From an uncultured Gammaproteobacteria bacterium (lineage in GTDB: Bacteria; Patescibacteriota; Microgenomatia; Levybacterales; UBA12049): DNA of 64,000 bases. Below, one piece after another: positions 37,693 to 48,841 of this stretch (position 1 is its first letter; each line of letters starts with the position of its first letter). Location: NCBI GenBank assembly GCA_964391315.1, contig CAYMJR010000003.1, positions 64,542 to 128,541 on the forward strand. The letters run 5' to 3'. Made by a program: the position numbers and the translations under genes. The notes beneath the pieces are model-generated. The model worked only from the letters and a program-made list of their open reading frames with translations. It had not been told where the DNA came from and did not search any database.

Positions 37693-38721
37693 ATGGCAAC
37701 AAAAGATCCAAAAATTGAAGAAGTAACACCGGAAGAGGAGAAGCTTTTTACATCCCTTCGTGCAGGATCATGGGCAGAATTTCATGGACAGGAAAACGTG
37801 AAGAAATCATTGCAGATTGCGATTGAAGCTGCAAAGAAACGGGAAGAGGCGATTGAGCATATTCTTTTTTACGGTCCTCCTGGTCTTGGCAAAACAACGC
37901 TTTCTCATATTGTTGCACGGGAAATGGGTGCAAATATTCGGATTACATCAGGTCCAGCGCTTGCACGATCCGGAGATCTTGCATCTATCCTTACCAATTT
38001 AGAAAAGGGAGATATACTGTTTATCGACGAGATTCATAGACTTCATAAAACTGTTGAGGAGACGATGTATTCGGCGATGGAAGATTATGCACTTGATGTG
38101 ATACTCGGTAAGGGGCCGTCTGCACGTACTCTAAGACTTGACCTGCCACCATTCACCATTATTGGTGCTACGACGCGCGCAGGGCTCATTTCAGCTCCTT
38201 TGAGAGACCGTTTTGGTGTTATTCACCGTCTGAATTTTTACGAGCCGGAAGAATTGGGTGTTATTATTTTAGGTGGCGCGAAGAAACTTGGGATTGCTAT
38301 TGATCAGGAAAGTATTCTAGCGATTGGCAGGCGGGCTCGTGGCACGCCTCGTATTGCATTGAAACTTTTGAAACGGGTCCGTGATTATGCGCAGGTGAAA
38401 GGTAAAGGAGCAATTGATTTAAAATCTGCAGAAGAAGCACTCAAGATGCTTGAGGTAGATAGTGTCGGACTTGATCCGTTGGACGTGAAATTTTTGGAAG
38501 CAGTTATTAAAAAACATTCCGGTGGGCCAGTTGGTGTTGAGACGATTGCTGCAACTATTTCAGAAGACAGTGGTACGCTTGAAGATTTGGTTGAGCCATA
38601 TTTGTTGCAACTTGGCTTTCTCAAGCGAACTCCTCGAGGCCGCGTCGCTACCAAAGCAGCCCACGAACATTTAGGTTTATCTTTCAAAGAATCCGTTGAG
38701 AATCAACAAAAACTTATCTAA
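37693..38721 (+). CDS. ruvB: Holliday junction DNA helicase RuvB
   Basis: [37 protein letters not shown]. Confidence 0.95.
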   Translation: MATKDPKIEEVTPEEEKLFTSLRAGSWAEFHGQENVKKSLQIAIEAAKKREEAIEHILFYGPPGLGKTTLSHIVAREMGANIRITSGPALARSGDLASILTNLEKGDILFIDEIHRLHKTVEETMYSAMEDYALDVILGKGPSARTLRLDLPPFTIIGATTRAGLISAPLRDRFGVIHRLNFYEPEELGVIILGGAKKLGIAIDQESILAIGRRARGTPRIALKLLKRVRDYAQVKGKGAIDLKSAEEALKMLEVDSVGLDPLDVKFLEAVIKKHSGGPVGVETIAATISEDSGTLEDLVEPYLLQLGFLKRTPRGRVATKAAHEHLGLSFKESVENQQKLI

Positions 38722-41072
38722 ACCGCCAGGTGGAAGAGTTGTTGGAAGAAGGGGACAAAGGTAATAATTATTTGTAACACCGCGATAAGCACCACCGTAA
38801 AGATAAGAAAGACGTTGCCTTTTTTAATTGAATGCCAACCAAGCCATATGACAATTACTAAATGAGCATAAATAAGTCCATTGAAGACAATTGTTTGTGC
38901 ACGGGCAGGAGATATGTGTGGAGAAATAAGATAAAACAGCGTTAAGAGAAGAGCTGTAAGAGAAAGACCAATGGTAAGAATTAAGGTAAGCCGTTTTTTA
39001 TTAAGAATTGGCTCTTTCGGATCTCGTGGTTGATGTGTTAAAACTCGTGCATCATGGTTGCCTGTTGCAAGAGCAATTGCCGGAAGACTGTCTGTTACAA
39101 GATTGATCCACAGGATTTGTGTCGGCAAAAGAGGAAAAGGCATATTGAACAACACTGAGAAAAAAACAATTGACAGTTCTGCTAAGTTACCTGAAAGAAG
39201 ATATAAAATAGCATTAGCAATATTTTTATAAATAATTCTTCCTTCTTCAATTGCGCCAACAAGGGTTTTAAAGTTATTATCAGTGAGGATAATATCGCTT
39301 GCTTCTCGAGCGACATCTGTTCCGCCTTCTCCCATACTGATCCCAACATCAGCTTTTTTCAAAGCTAAGGCGTCATTGACTCCATCTCCTGTAACACCGA
39401 CAACCAATCCTTTGTTTTGCAATAAGGTTGTGATCCGTAATTTTTGTGCAGGAACTGTTCGGGCAAAAACTCTCGTTTTCAAAAGAATTTCTGAGAGTTC
39501 GTCGTCTGAGAGTGTGTCAATTTTATCTCCTGTGACGACATCTTCATCTTTTTCGATAAGATCTATCTCACGGGCAATTGCTAAGGCTGTCAACGGATTA
39601 TCGCCGGTTACCATGCAGACATGAATACCAGCGTTTCGTGCTCTGGTAACTGCATTTTTTATCTCTGGTCGCGGTGGATCATAAATACCAATAAATCCAA
39701 GAAAGGTAAGTGACTGCTCAAGCTGTTTTCGTGTCTTCGTATCCTTATGATGGACAATCCGATTGGCAAAGGCAATTGTCCGGAGTCCCTCTTTGGCAAA
39801 CTCTTCATATTTTTGAATTATTGCTTCTTTTTCCTTTTCAGAAAGATCGGAATGCTCAATAATTGCTTCTGGTGCACCGCGAACAAAGACGTGTTTTTTA
39901 CCGTTTTTCTTCCAAACAGTTGTAATAAGCAGTGAGGTGCTATCAAAAACATATTCATCAATAACTTTTTCATCCTCAGGAGGGACAAAACCATGTTTCT
40001 GTTTTTTTGTCCAAAGAAGCAGTGCTCCATCTGTCTGATCACCAATCACTTCGTATTGTTCGTTGCCTTTTTCTGCGAGTGAGGCTGTATTGCCAAGGAT
40101 ACAGGATTGAATAAGGAGGTTTAGATTCGAACGTTTACGAAGCCAAAATTTTTTAACATGCATTTGATTTTGAGTGATAGTTCCTGTTTTATCAGATAGA
40201 ACTACCTGGACTGCTCCAAGTGTTTCTATTGCTGCCATTTTACGAACAATTGCATCTTTTTTTGCCATGCGGTGCATACCGATTGCGAATGCGATAGTTA
40301 TGACAGCAGGAAGGCCTTCAGGAATTGCCGCAATTGCAATTGATGCTGCAACAAGAACAAGATCGAGTAGATTACGGTGAAAGAGAAGTCCGAGAGGGAT
40401 AATAAGAAATCCGATACCAAGAGCTGCAAGGGAGAGCGTTTTGCCAAGCTGCGCAAGGTTTTTTTGCAGGGGTGTTTGGTCAGTATCAATGGACGAGAGC
40501 GTTTTGGCAATCTGTCCAAACTGGGTTTGCATACCGGTTTTGGTTACTTTGAGTCGGCCATTTCCTTTGGTGATAAGTGTTCCTAGAAGAGCTATATCAC
40601 TTGTTTTTTTAATCACAGCAAGAGATTCTCCTGTCAGAATCGATTCATCTACCTCAAGGTGGGTTGATTCGATAAGCTCTCCGTCGGCAGGGACGCTGCT
40701 TCCTTCTGAAAGAACAACGATATCATCAGGAACAAGTTCTTCGGCAAGAATTTCTTGTTCGCGGCCATCCCGAATGACGCGGGCAGTTGGAGCTGTCAGA
40801 TGTTTGAGTTTTTCTAGAGATTTTTCTGCTCGGTACTCCTGAAAAAATCCGAGTAGTGCGTTGATGATAATAATTGCTAGGATAAAAATGCCATCAGCGT
40901 TATGGTGCAAGAAAAAAGATGCAATTGCTGCAATTATAAGAATAATGTTGATAACAGTTATAAATTGGGCAAAAAGGGTCTCAGCCACAGAAAAAGTACT
41001 TTCCGAGGTAATGATATTTTTGCCGTGCAGTGTGAGTTTTTCTTTGACTTGTTGGGCAGAGAGTCCATCCAT
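38718..41072 (-). CDS. P-type cation-transporting ATPase (type II, Ca2+-like)
   Basis: Phosphorylation site [15 protein letters not shown] actuator motif (ILTGESL). Hinge [23 protein letters not shown]-terminal [17 protein letters not shown]. ~8-10 TMs. Confidence 0.9.
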   Translation of the reverse strand: MDGLSAQQVKEKLTLHGKNIITSESTFSVAETLFAQFITVINIILIIAAIASFFLHHNADGIFILAIIIINALLGFFQEYRAEKSLEKLKHLTAPTARVIRDGREQEILAEELVPDDIVVLSEGSSVPADGELIESTHLEVDESILTGESLAVIKKTSDIALLGTLITKGNGRLKVTKTGMQTQFGQIAKTLSSIDTDQTPLQKNLAQLGKTLSLAALGIGFLIIPLGLLFHRNLLDLVLVAASIAIAAIPEGLPAVITIAFAIGMHRMAKKDAIVRKMAAIETLGAVQVVLSDKTGTITQNQMHVKKFWLRKRSNLNLLIQSCILGNTASLAEKGNEQYEVIGDQTDGALLLWTKKQKHGFVPPEDEKVIDEYVFDSTSLLITTVWKKNGKKHVFVRGAPEAIIEHSDLSEKEKEAIIQKYEEFAKEGLRTIAFANRIVHHKDTKTRKQLEQSLTFLGFIGIYDPPRPEIKNAVTRARNAGIHVCMVTGDNPLTALAIAREIDLIEKDEDVVTGDKIDTLSDDELSEILLKTRVFARTVPAQKLRITTLLQNKGLVVGVTGDGVNDALALKKADVGISMGEGGTDVAREASDIILTDNNFKTLVGAIEEGRIIYKNIANAILYLLSGNLAELSIVFFSVLFNMPFPLLPTQILWINLVTDSLPAIALATGNHDARVLTHQPRDPKEPILNKKRLTLILTIGLSLTALLLTLFYLISPHISPARAQTIVFNGLIYAHLVIVIWLGWHSIKKGNVFLIFTVVLIAVLQIIITFVPFFQQLFHLAV

Positions 41073-41172
41073 ATATTATGACTACTGTTTTCATTATAGC
41101 TGATTATTCTTGGGTCTGTACGGCAAAGCTTCTGCTATATATTGCAGAGAAGAAAACGAACAATTAGGATAC

Positions 41173-41199
41173 TTATCCCCAAGATATCCACATGGATAA
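41173..41199. promoter_or_regulatory. three adjacent DnaA-box-like 9-mers
   Basis: TTATCCCCA (41173-81) and ATATCCACA (41184-92) each have one mismatch to TTATCCACA. CATGGATAA (41191-99, reverse TTATCCATG) has two. Confidence 0.35.
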
Positions 41200-41543
41200 G
41201 GATTGAATGTGAATAGTTTTCGTCGTTCTCAATAATACTACGAGTTAATGAAAATTTTCATTTTGATACGATTTATATCTTTTCGACTGTCCCAGAGCAG
41301 TAAAAAGTATTCTCATCAAGGCCATTAATGTTATAGGGTATTGACAAGAGTTTGTAAATCGTATTACGCTGGATGTGCGACTCCGATGCATAGGAGAGCT
41401 TACCAAAAGGGTAAGGAAATCTAGATCCCATTAATCCTTAAGGGAAAATATAAAAAAATTCGGATATATCCTTAAAAAAGATATATCTAAGAAAGGTTAT
41501 AAGAATTGTATTTTCAAAAGATACAACTTATGACTCTTTGAAC

Positions 41544-41576
41544 AAAAAAGTCTGCCTCAAAAACAGACTTTTTTGC
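41544..41576. terminator. orphan intrinsic terminator-like hairpin (A-tract, 7-bp stem, T-tract)
   Basis: AAGTCTG (41548-54), a 9-nt loop, then CAGACTT (41564-70), followed by TTTTTT and preceded by AAAAAA. No annotated gene ends here on either strand. Confidence 0.55.
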
Positions 41577-41603
41577 TGTAAAAAACACCTCATTCGGTGA
41601 TTG

Positions 41604-41632
41604 TTGCGCCTCTTTAAGTCTCATAGTATAAT
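41604..41632 (+). promoter_or_regulatory. promoter-like TTGCGC-17-TATAAT, 8 nt upstream of ATG 41641
   Basis: TATAAT at 41627-32 and TTGCGC at 41604-09. ATG at 41641 implies a leaderless transcript. Confidence 0.4.
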
Positions 41633-41640
41633 TATCAGTT

Positions 41641-43098
41641 ATGGGTAGTAATGAACGTGATTTGAGGGTTTCATCCAACACGGCTGAAGGACCTCGTAAA
41701 AAGGAAGGCGTAGGATTTATGCACGTTTCCCCTGAGGAATTAGGGTGGCATGCAGAATCTCCTGTGATAGGAGTGAAAATGCCTCTTGTAATAACAAAGA
41801 AACGAGATCAAGATCTTTTTCTTGCTCTCCAGACACAAGGCTATAGTGGGTATACCTTGCGCGCGCTTCTGCATGCAGCAACATACGACAGAAAAGATCG
41901 TAATGTTCCTTCTTATATTCCCATTGAAGCTGATTGGGATATTTTTCAAAGGGCAAAAGAAGGAAGCAAGAAGGCAGATAGTCTAAGGAAAAGACATGAA
42001 AATGATCCCGAGATCGGTACAACAATGAAGGAATTTGGTAATCGTGTGGAAAGCTGGCGAGCAGCGAATAATAATTCTATTCGTCGTGAAGTTGTTAGAG
42101 GAGAGCGTATTATTAGCCAGCTTCCTTTTGCGCAGATTATTGATGGGCGATTCTCCAGTCAAGTATTACAGGAAATACGTGAGGGAGATTCCCGTGAATG
42201 GGTAGATTTTATATCGGGACAGGGACAAAAAATTGCTAGAGGTATGTATAGCTTACGCATCTTTAACAAGTTTTTGGATAGCCATCAACTTATTGATCCA
42301 ACATTACGATATAAAGTGTTACCAGATTCAACTAATATTTTTAACCCTATACGTGAATATGATGAATGGCATAGTAGAGCGAGTAAATATTTAAAAACAC
42401 ATAATGGATCGGTGTTTACGAAGTATTTAGAATGGCTAGCCTTGCCGGAACAGGAAAAAGTACGTATGGATTTGGTGGGGACATACGTCGCGTCTCATAG
42501 ACATAGCCCTCTGATTGATATAAGCAGACAGGATAAACCTGTTTTGTACCCATTACCTTATTGGGAGAGTATACCAGCTGTGTCCTTTGTCGATGATCGT
42601 CATGTACGTGTTGAGAGGGATGGTGTCTCGTCACTTTTGACCTATCAGCAGATTGATGGAAGAGTGACAGCAATCGATACCACTTTGTCACCGGAATTTC
42701 TTGGACATTGTCTCTTTCCTGTTGTTGCATGGAGGAAAGGTGAGAATGGAAAACGAGAGTTTCTTACATTGGATGAAATAAAAGAGCAATTTGGATCGGC
42801 ATTGGAAGGCATTGTTCCGCAGGATCAAATAGATGATTTCCTTGGTATTGTCTCTTTCCATGCGTTTAGTCTTACGAGGCTTGTAAAAACACCAGAAAGA
42901 GCGCCATTGCATCATATAACAAAAGCGGGAACCACCGTCACAGAAAAAGTCACAGAAAATGATACAAACGCTATCAGTGTATCGCAGATTCCTGTTTGGC
43001 ATAATACGCCAGTTGCAAGAGAAGCCCTTGCAGAAGACCCTGATGGACTTCTAAAAAGTATCGAAGAGCGATTGGGAACTGCTCCCTCTGTTGCTTAA
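41641..43098 (+). CDS. hypothetical protein, 485 aa, first gene of the dnaG-rpoD unit
   Basis: Uninterrupted 485-codon ORF ending 24 nt before dnaG. No TM and no motif recognised. Confidence 0.65.
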   Translation: MGSNERDLRVSSNTAEGPRKKEGVGFMHVSPEELGWHAESPVIGVKMPLVITKKRDQDLFLALQTQGYSGYTLRALLHAATYDRKDRNVPSYIPIEADWDIFQRAKEGSKKADSLRKRHENDPEIGTTMKEFGNRVESWRAANNNSIRREVVRGERIISQLPFAQIIDGRFSSQVLQEIREGDSREWVDFISGQGQKIARGMYSLRIFNKFLDSHQLIDPTLRYKVLPDSTNIFNPIREYDEWHSRASKYLKTHNGSVFTKYLEWLALPEQEKVRMDLVGTYVASHRHSPLIDISRQDKPVLYPLPYWESIPAVSFVDDRHVRVERDGVSSLLTYQQIDGRVTAIDTTLSPEFLGHCLFPVVAWRKGENGKREFLTLDEIKEQFGSALEGIVPQDQIDDFLGIVSFHAFSLTRLVKTPERAPLHHITKAGTTVTEKVTENDTNAISVSQIPVWHNTPVAREALAEDPDGLLKSIEERLGTAPSVA

Positions 43099-43122
43099 TC
43101 TCCTGTGCTATACTAGCCCCAA

Positions 43123-44895
43123 ATGGACCAAGTAGCCCAAATCCGCGAAAAAATAGATATCGTCTCCTTTATTTCTGAATATATTACGTTAAAAAAGATG
43201 GGACGCAATTTCAAAGCAAATTGTCCGTTTCATGGCGAGAAAACTCCCTCATTTGTTGTCTCTCCTGAAAGACAGATATGGCATTGTTTTGGTTGCGGCA
43301 AAGGTGGGGATGTTTATACCTTTTTGATGGAATATGAAAAGCTGGAATTTGCCGAGGCGTTGCGGCTTCTTGCGAAACGAACGGGGATTGAGTTAGTTTC
43401 CCAAAAGGGAACAAGTGGTTTGACATCAAAGAAAGAACTTTTGTATGAAGTTAACAATTTTGCAAAAGAATTTTATCACTACGTTTTGACCAAACTCCCA
43501 GCAGGGAAAACAGCGCGCGAATATTTGGAAAAACGGGGAGTGACACAAAAAGTAATAGAAACCTTCAGACTTGGCTTTTCACCATCATCAGATCACGCAT
43601 TGGTTGATTACCTTGTTAAAAAGAAAAACTATAAAAGAGAAGACATTATTGAGGCTGGTCTTGCCTTTCAAGGAAGATCTGGGCTTGTCGATTTTTTCCG
43701 CGGACGATTGATGTTTCCGCTTATTGATCACCGGGACAATGTCGTCGGATTTGCAGGACGAGTACTGACAGGCGATGTGCCATCGAAATATATCAATACA
43801 CGAGAGACACTTGTTTATCATAAAGGAGAGCATGTTTTTGGACTCAATATCACGAAAGATGCGATCAGACGCGAGAAACAAGTGATATTGGTTGAAGGTG
43901 AGTTTGATGTCCTTTCCTGTTTTGAACATGGCATTGGCAATGTCGTTGCAGTTAAAGGGACAGCACTTACTGAACAGCAGGTGAATTTATTAGGAAGGTT
44001 TGTGTCAAAGATTACGTTTTGCTTTGATGGTGACAAAGCTGGGCAGGAAGCAATAAAGAGAAGTCTGCCGATTGTTGAGAAAAAAGGACTCTCTGTTACT
44101 GTTGTTGTTCCACCAAATGGTAAGGATGCGGATGAAGCATTACAAAATGATCCGGGAATATTTAAAAAAGCGGTAAAAGAAGAGAGTGGTGTGTATGACT
44201 ATCTTTTGCAAAAACTCGTCTCAGATAACGATACAGAGACCGCAGAGGGCAAAAAACAAGTTGTCTCGGAATTTCTTTCCTTTATTTCTTCAGTACAGAA
44301 TGAAGTCGTGAAAGAACATTATCTTCGAAAGTTGAGTACAGAAATTGGAACGTCTTATGAAAGTATTGCACGGGAACTTCAACGGATGTCACGAAATCAG
44401 ATTGCTGCTCCTGTACAGGTAGTAGAAAAGAAAAAACGTCCACGGGAAGAAATGTTGGAAGAATATCTGTTGGCTCTTATTATTCAAAGCGAGAAACCTA
44501 AAGAAACCTTGTCGCGGGTAGTTGCCATTCTTTCTGAAAGTATGAGCCGCGAACGAGCCTATCAAAAAATTCTTTCCCATCTTCTTGAGCATTTTCAGGG
44601 AAATGACCACTTTGATGGCAAACAATTTGGAGATGGTTTGCCAGCAGAACTTCTCTCGAGTTTTAATACTTCAGCATTATTTCCTTTGCCTACATTTTCT
44701 GATCCTAAAAATCTGTTGGAAGAGGTGGATAAGACAGCTTCCCATCTCAAGCGTTTTTATCTACAGAAACGATTGAAAGATTTGGCTCAAGAGATTAAAC
44801 AAAGAGAGACAGAAGGGCCAGAGGAGACAGAAGATCTCTCAGAATTGCGGAAAAAGTACTCAAATCTTGCCTCACAATTACAGGCTATCGAATAG
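43123..44895 (+). CDS. dnaG: DNA primase
   Basis: Zinc ribbon CPFHGEKTPSFVVSPERQIWHCFGCGKGGD. TOPRIM EGEFDVLS and FDGDKAG. Confidence 0.95.
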   Translation: MDQVAQIREKIDIVSFISEYITLKKMGRNFKANCPFHGEKTPSFVVSPERQIWHCFGCGKGGDVYTFLMEYEKLEFAEALRLLAKRTGIELVSQKGTSGLTSKKELLYEVNNFAKEFYHYVLTKLPAGKTAREYLEKRGVTQKVIETFRLGFSPSSDHALVDYLVKKKNYKREDIIEAGLAFQGRSGLVDFFRGRLMFPLIDHRDNVVGFAGRVLTGDVPSKYINTRETLVYHKGEHVFGLNITKDAIRREKQVILVEGEFDVLSCFEHGIGNVVAVKGTALTEQQVNLLGRFVSKITFCFDGDKAGQEAIKRSLPIVEKKGLSVTVVVPPNGKDADEALQNDPGIFKKAVKEESGVYDYLLQKLVSDNDTETAEGKKQVVSEFLSFISSVQNEVVKEHYLRKLSTEIGTSYESIARELQRMSRNQIAAPVQVVEKKKRPREEMLEEYLLALIIQSEKPKETLSRVVAILSESMSRERAYQKILSHLLEHFQGNDHFDGKQFGDGLPAELLSSFNTSALFPLPTFSDPKNLLEEVDKTASHLKRFYLQKRLKDLAQEIKQRETEGPEETEDLSELRKKYSNLASQLQAIE

Positions 44896-44920
44896 TTGCA
44901 TTGTGTGGTAAAATATATAT

Positions 44921-46003
44921 ATGTCCCAAAAGTTATCTCCGCTTCTGACGGATGTGGTCACATCCGCTAAAAAGCGTGGTTATATTACACAAGATGAAAT
45001 TTTAGGTATCTACTCCAAGCCTGAAGAGCATATCGAGGAGCTTGATAGTTTGTATGACAAATTGATTAAGTCCAATATTGATGTGTTTGAAACAATGGCG
45101 CAGCAGCAAGACGATCAAAAACCAATTGAGGATCTTGAGAAAGAACTTGAAGCGCTTACCGTTTTGACCGAAGGATCTGTTTCTGATCCTGTACGCATGT
45201 ATCTGAAGGAAATTGGTCGCATACCACTTCTTACCTTTGATGAAGAAATTGAACTTGCAAAGAAAGTTGAAGAAGGCAATGCGAATGCAAAGAAGAAGCT
45301 GATAAATTCTAACTTGCGTCTTGTTGTTTCTATTGCAAAGAAATATATCGGCCGGGGGTTATCACTTCTTGATTTGATCCAAGAAGGAAATCAAGGTCTT
45401 ATTCGTGCAGTTGAAAAATATGATTGGAGACGTGGATTTAAATTCTCAACCTATGCGACATGGTGGATTAGACAATCAGTTACCCGCGCGATTGCAGATC
45501 AGGCACGAACGATTCGTATCCCAGTTCACATGGTTGAAAATATTAATCGCTTCCTTCGCTCTCAGAGAAAACTGATGCAGGAACTTGGTCGTGAGCCAAC
45601 CCCTGAAGAAGTTGCAAAAGTTCTTGGAATTGAACCAGACAAAGCACTTGAGATTATTAAGATTTCGCAAAATCCAGCTTCTCTTGAAGCACCAGTCGGT
45701 GATGAAGAGGATAGCCGCTTGGGTGATTTCATTCACGATTCATCAGCACCAACGCTTTTTGACTCAGCATCACGTGAGCTTCTTAAGGAACAAGTAGAAC
45801 AAGTGCTGAACACCCTTTCTGACCGCGAGAGAAGAGTGATTGTTGAGCGGTTTGGTCTTAATGACGGTCGTCCAAAGACACTTGAAGAAGTTGGCCGCAT
45901 GTTCCAAGTTACCCGTGAGCGTATCCGCCAGATTGAAGCAAAAGCGCTCAGAAAGATGCGCCACCCATCCCGTGGCAACAAACTCCGCGATTATTTAGTT
46001 TAA
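44921..46003 (+). CDS. rpoD: RNA polymerase sigma-70 factor RpoD
   Basis: Region 2 [35 protein letters not shown]. Region 4 [28 protein letters not shown]. Confidence 0.95.
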   Translation: MSQKLSPLLTDVVTSAKKRGYITQDEILGIYSKPEEHIEELDSLYDKLIKSNIDVFETMAQQQDDQKPIEDLEKELEALTVLTEGSVSDPVRMYLKEIGRIPLLTFDEEIELAKKVEEGNANAKKKLINSNLRLVVSIAKKYIGRGLSLLDLIQEGNQGLIRAVEKYDWRRGFKFSTYATWWIRQSVTRAIADQARTIRIPVHMVENINRFLRSQRKLMQELGREPTPEEVAKVLGIEPDKALEIIKISQNPASLEAPVGDEEDSRLGDFIHDSSAPTLFDSASRELLKEQVEQVLNTLSDRERRVIVERFGLNDGRPKTLEEVGRMFQVTRERIRQIEAKALRKMRHPSRGNKLRDYLV

Positions 46004-46933
46004 ATCTGCTTCTTTTTGCCTTTGTGTGTTTGCTTCAATAGCAAGATTTTGTTCATCAGCTTCCATTGCTTTTAAAAGTTCCATGAAGGTGGCTGCTCCT
46101 GCGTTTACTCCTCGGAAGGGTAGTTTGTTTGCGTAGGTATTAATGATACCTACAGCTTGATACATATCGCCTGATTTTAGCGCATCCAGAAGGTATCGCC
46201 AGTTGATATATCGAAGAGCAATGAAAAGTATATTAGCAAAATTTGGATGATCTTCTTCTGAAACGGGTTGTAGTCGTCCACGAAAAGCAAAGTCATCAAA
46301 ATACTCGATAGCGCCGCCGCGTCTGAGAATTTGGTCAGTAATTATTGCAAATGCAGTTGGATACATTTGGTCCATCAGCCTGCTTTTCGGAGGACCCACT
46401 TCAACTCCATACAGTCCATCAACAAGCAAATATTCCCTAAAGCCTGGTTTTACTATTTCGGTTTGTTCAATTATTGGAGGTGGATTAAACGCGTCTTGAA
46501 GAATGAAAGTGATTTTTTCTCGTTGTGCGTCTGTATATTCATTATGAGGAATTGGAGAAGGTCTGTTCAACATATCTATGCCAGCTTGAAGATAAACAAC
46601 TCTTCCCAATTCAAAATCTGAGAACTCAACTGTATCAATACCAAAAGAGAGATCTCTCGTTGAAAAATTATAGCAAGTCACATTTCCTGGTATTTGTTCT
46701 GTAAGTTTATTTATTATGATTCCACGTCCTTCTGCTTGAATTTCAGGTTTCAGAGCAGGATGTAACTGAAGAGGGGGGAAACTAACGCCTATTTTAATGT
46801 GTGAACTCAGCTGATCAATATTGGGACGATGTGCTTCTGGAAAATCAGGTTTTTCCCATACAAAAGAAGATGCTTTTCGTAATTGTTGCTTTATACGAAT
46901 AATATGAGGATTTAGTTCTCCTTCAGGGTTCAT
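45995..46933 (-). CDS. hypothetical protein, 312 aa
   Basis: Uninterrupted ORF whose 3' end overlaps the rpoD 3' end convergently by 9 nt. No family recognised. Confidence 0.6.
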   Translation of the reverse strand: MNPEGELNPHIIRIKQQLRKASSFVWEKPDFPEAHRPNIDQLSSHIKIGVSFPPLQLHPALKPEIQAEGRGIIINKLTEQIPGNVTCYNFSTRDLSFGIDTVEFSDFELGRVVYLQAGIDMLNRPSPIPHNEYTDAQREKITFILQDAFNPPPIIEQTEIVKPGFREYLLVDGLYGVEVGPPKSRLMDQMYPTAFAIITDQILRRGGAIEYFDDFAFRGRLQPVSEEDHPNFANILFIALRYINWRYLLDALKSGDMYQAVGIINTYANKLPFRGVNAGAATFMELLKAMEADEQNLAIEANTQRQKEADLN

Positions 46934-46977
46934 TAAAGAATCCTAGCAAAAAAATATTACAAAATCAAACTATAGGG

Positions 46978-47496
46978 TTAATTGTTGAGGCTAATTCGGA
47001 CAAAATGCTTCATTTCTTCCTCGTGAAGCATTCGACGTTTTTTTACAATTTGGTCGGCATAGATCCTGGTTAACGAATTAAGATACTTATCATTTACTAC
47101 ATGTCCTTCTAAGAAGGAATAACCACGTTTTTTCAATCGCATATCGAGAGCTTTATGAAGATGTGCTGCAAGGCCTTTTCCTTGAAAGTTGGGGTGAATA
47201 GCAATTGAAGTGATATATGCAGTATCAGCATTTTCTTTCTTTCTTCGAGGATTAAGTTGTCCAATTGGTTCGGCATATGCATAGCCAATAATTGATTGTC
47301 GAGAAGAACGAAGAATAATTACTATATTATTTTTATTTAAAAAATCTTGTTCCAATATCTCCTCTTGAGGATCATATTGTGGAAAAGCATCAGCTTCAAT
47401 TTTTATTATGGCTTTTCTTATTTTTTTCCACGACAACAGTCGAGGATTATATGTTTGGGCTGTGACGATAGCTCTTTTTCCCTGCCGAGTGGTCAT
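46978..47496 (-). CDS. GNAT family N-acetyltransferase
   Basis: ORF track starts at TTG 47514; ATG 47496 preferred. AYITSIAIHPNFQGKGLAAHLHKAL carries the Q/RxxGxG/A acetyl-CoA motif. Confidence 0.8.
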   Translation of the reverse strand: MTTRQGKRAIVTAQTYNPRLLSWKKIRKAIIKIEADAFPQYDPQEEILEQDFLNKNNIVIILRSSRQSIIGYAYAEPIGQLNPRRKKENADTAYITSIAIHPNFQGKGLAAHLHKALDMRLKKRGYSFLEGHVVNDKYLNSLTRIYADQIVKKRRMLHEEEMKHFVRISLNN

Positions 47497-47547
47497 AGAA
47501 GGGGATTTTACCAAAAATGGGAGAAGATTTCAAACTATAGGGCAAAT

Positions 47548-47775
47548 TTATTCCTCGACAAATGTAAATCTAAAGACTTTTTTTCCATCCTTTTCTATCT
47601 CTTCCAAAAACATTTTTTTTGGGCGTACCCAGAGTTTGCTTCGTTGATTGTCATAAAGAGCCTCATAAACGACTAATTCTTCAAGTGTTTCGCTATGCTT
47701 TGCAACACCAAGAACTCGATAAAATTTTCCTTTGAAATGCTTGTACATAGCACCAACTACAATATCGTTTTGCAT
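47548..47775 (-). CDS. DUF1653 family protein
   Basis: MYKHFKGKFYRVLGVAKHSETLEELVVYEALYD...LWVRPKKMF matches the DUF1653 pattern as I recall it. Confidence 0.7.
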   Translation of the reverse strand: MQNDIVVGAMYKHFKGKFYRVLGVAKHSETLEELVVYEALYDNQRSKLWVRPKKMFLEEIEKDGKKVFRFTFVEE

Positions 47776-47817
47776 TGCTCCATCATGGCAAATGGAGAGA
47801 GAAAAGTAAAGAAAGAG

Positions 47818-48408
47818 CTATTTTCGAGGGAATAGTCCTTGTACTACTCTCTCAAGGTACCGGGTAATGGGATTAGAACTACTTTTTCGTTCATTTTGTA
47901 ATTGTGGAGTGGAAAAAGGTACTTCTTTTTTGATTATAGATGTTCCAAATGTTAATGACCAGTCATAGGATGAAGTTGGATGTATCCGAAACGCTAGGCC
48001 AGTTCTTAAAGTATTAAAATGACCTGGTGTTTCATAAATTAAGGAAGGAAAATTTGTAATATCTTGAGGGTCAAGATCAAGTGTTTCTAGTTTTGTTCTT
48101 TCAAAAATACCACCAGTACAAACCATCTCATTGGGTCCTTGGATCAATCCATAGGCAATAGCAGCTTGAAGTGTCTCATTCCATTGAACAGTGGTTCCAT
48201 CAGTGATAGTAAAATCGACTTCTTTAATTAGTCCAAAACCCACTAAAGTATCTTTTCGATGATTTATCTTTGTAGTTGTCCCTCGTAAGCTACTTCTATC
48301 TATAGGGGTGAGGAGCTCTTCTTTGGAGGAAATAACAGTATCGATTATAGATTGTAGTACTCGTTCTTCTTCAGTGAGTCTTCGTGCTTCTCGTTCCCGA
48401 AATCCCAT
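47818..48408 (-). CDS. hypothetical protein, 196 aa
   Basis: Uninterrupted ORF, first gene of the minus-strand four-gene run. No family recognised. Confidence 0.55.
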   Translation of the reverse strand: MGFREREARRLTEEERVLQSIIDTVISSKEELLTPIDRSSLRGTTTKINHRKDTLVGFGLIKEVDFTITDGTTVQWNETLQAAIAYGLIQGPNEMVCTGGIFERTKLETLDLDPQDITNFPSLIYETPGHFNTLRTGLAFRIHPTSSYDWSLTFGTSIIKKEVPFSTPQLQNERKSSSNPITRYLERVVQGLFPRK

Positions 48409-48506
48409 TTAAAAAATGTACCAATAAAATTTGAGAGAACTAAGAGTATCGTGTAAGGATTATTGCTTTTTTCTTAGAGTTATTATCCTTATTCCTTACG
48501 TTTACA

Positions 48507-48698
48507 ATGCAAGATAGGGAGTATATGGCATCAGGATATGGAAAAAGACCTTTGTGGCAGTGGATACTTATTTATGTGATAATAGGCGGAATTCTGTATG
48601 TTCTGATCTATTACTTATTTTTTGCCAACAAAGGAGGGTACAAATCTCCTCAGAATCCACAATCAAGCCCAGCTCCCTCAAAGGGCCCAGGATATTAA
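48507..48698 (+). CDS. small single-TM protein
   Basis: 63-aa ORF. KRPLWQWILIYVIIGGILYVLIYYLFF is a TM helix, followed by a P/S/Q tail. The start may be the internal Met (MASGYGK). Confidence 0.4.
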   Translation: MQDREYMASGYGKRPLWQWILIYVIIGGILYVLIYYLFFANKGGYKSPQNPQSSPAPSKGPGY

Positions 48699-48728
48699 AA
48701 AACTATCTTTGAAAATACACAATAGTTA

Positions 48729-48758
48729 TTGACAATTCTTTTTTAATTAGAATAATAT
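48729..48758 (+). promoter_or_regulatory. sigma-70-like promoter TTGACA-17/18-ATAATA/TAATAT
   Basis: TTGACA at 48729-34 and a -10 at 48752-58. ATG 48765 lies 6-7 nt downstream, implying a leaderless mRNA that starts at that ATG. Confidence 0.55.
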
Positions 48759-48841
48759 TGGTTTATGGGTTATTATGGTAAATTACCACAGAAAACTCTA
48801 GCACAAAAACTCCGAAAAAAAGGGCTCTCTTATCAGGAATT

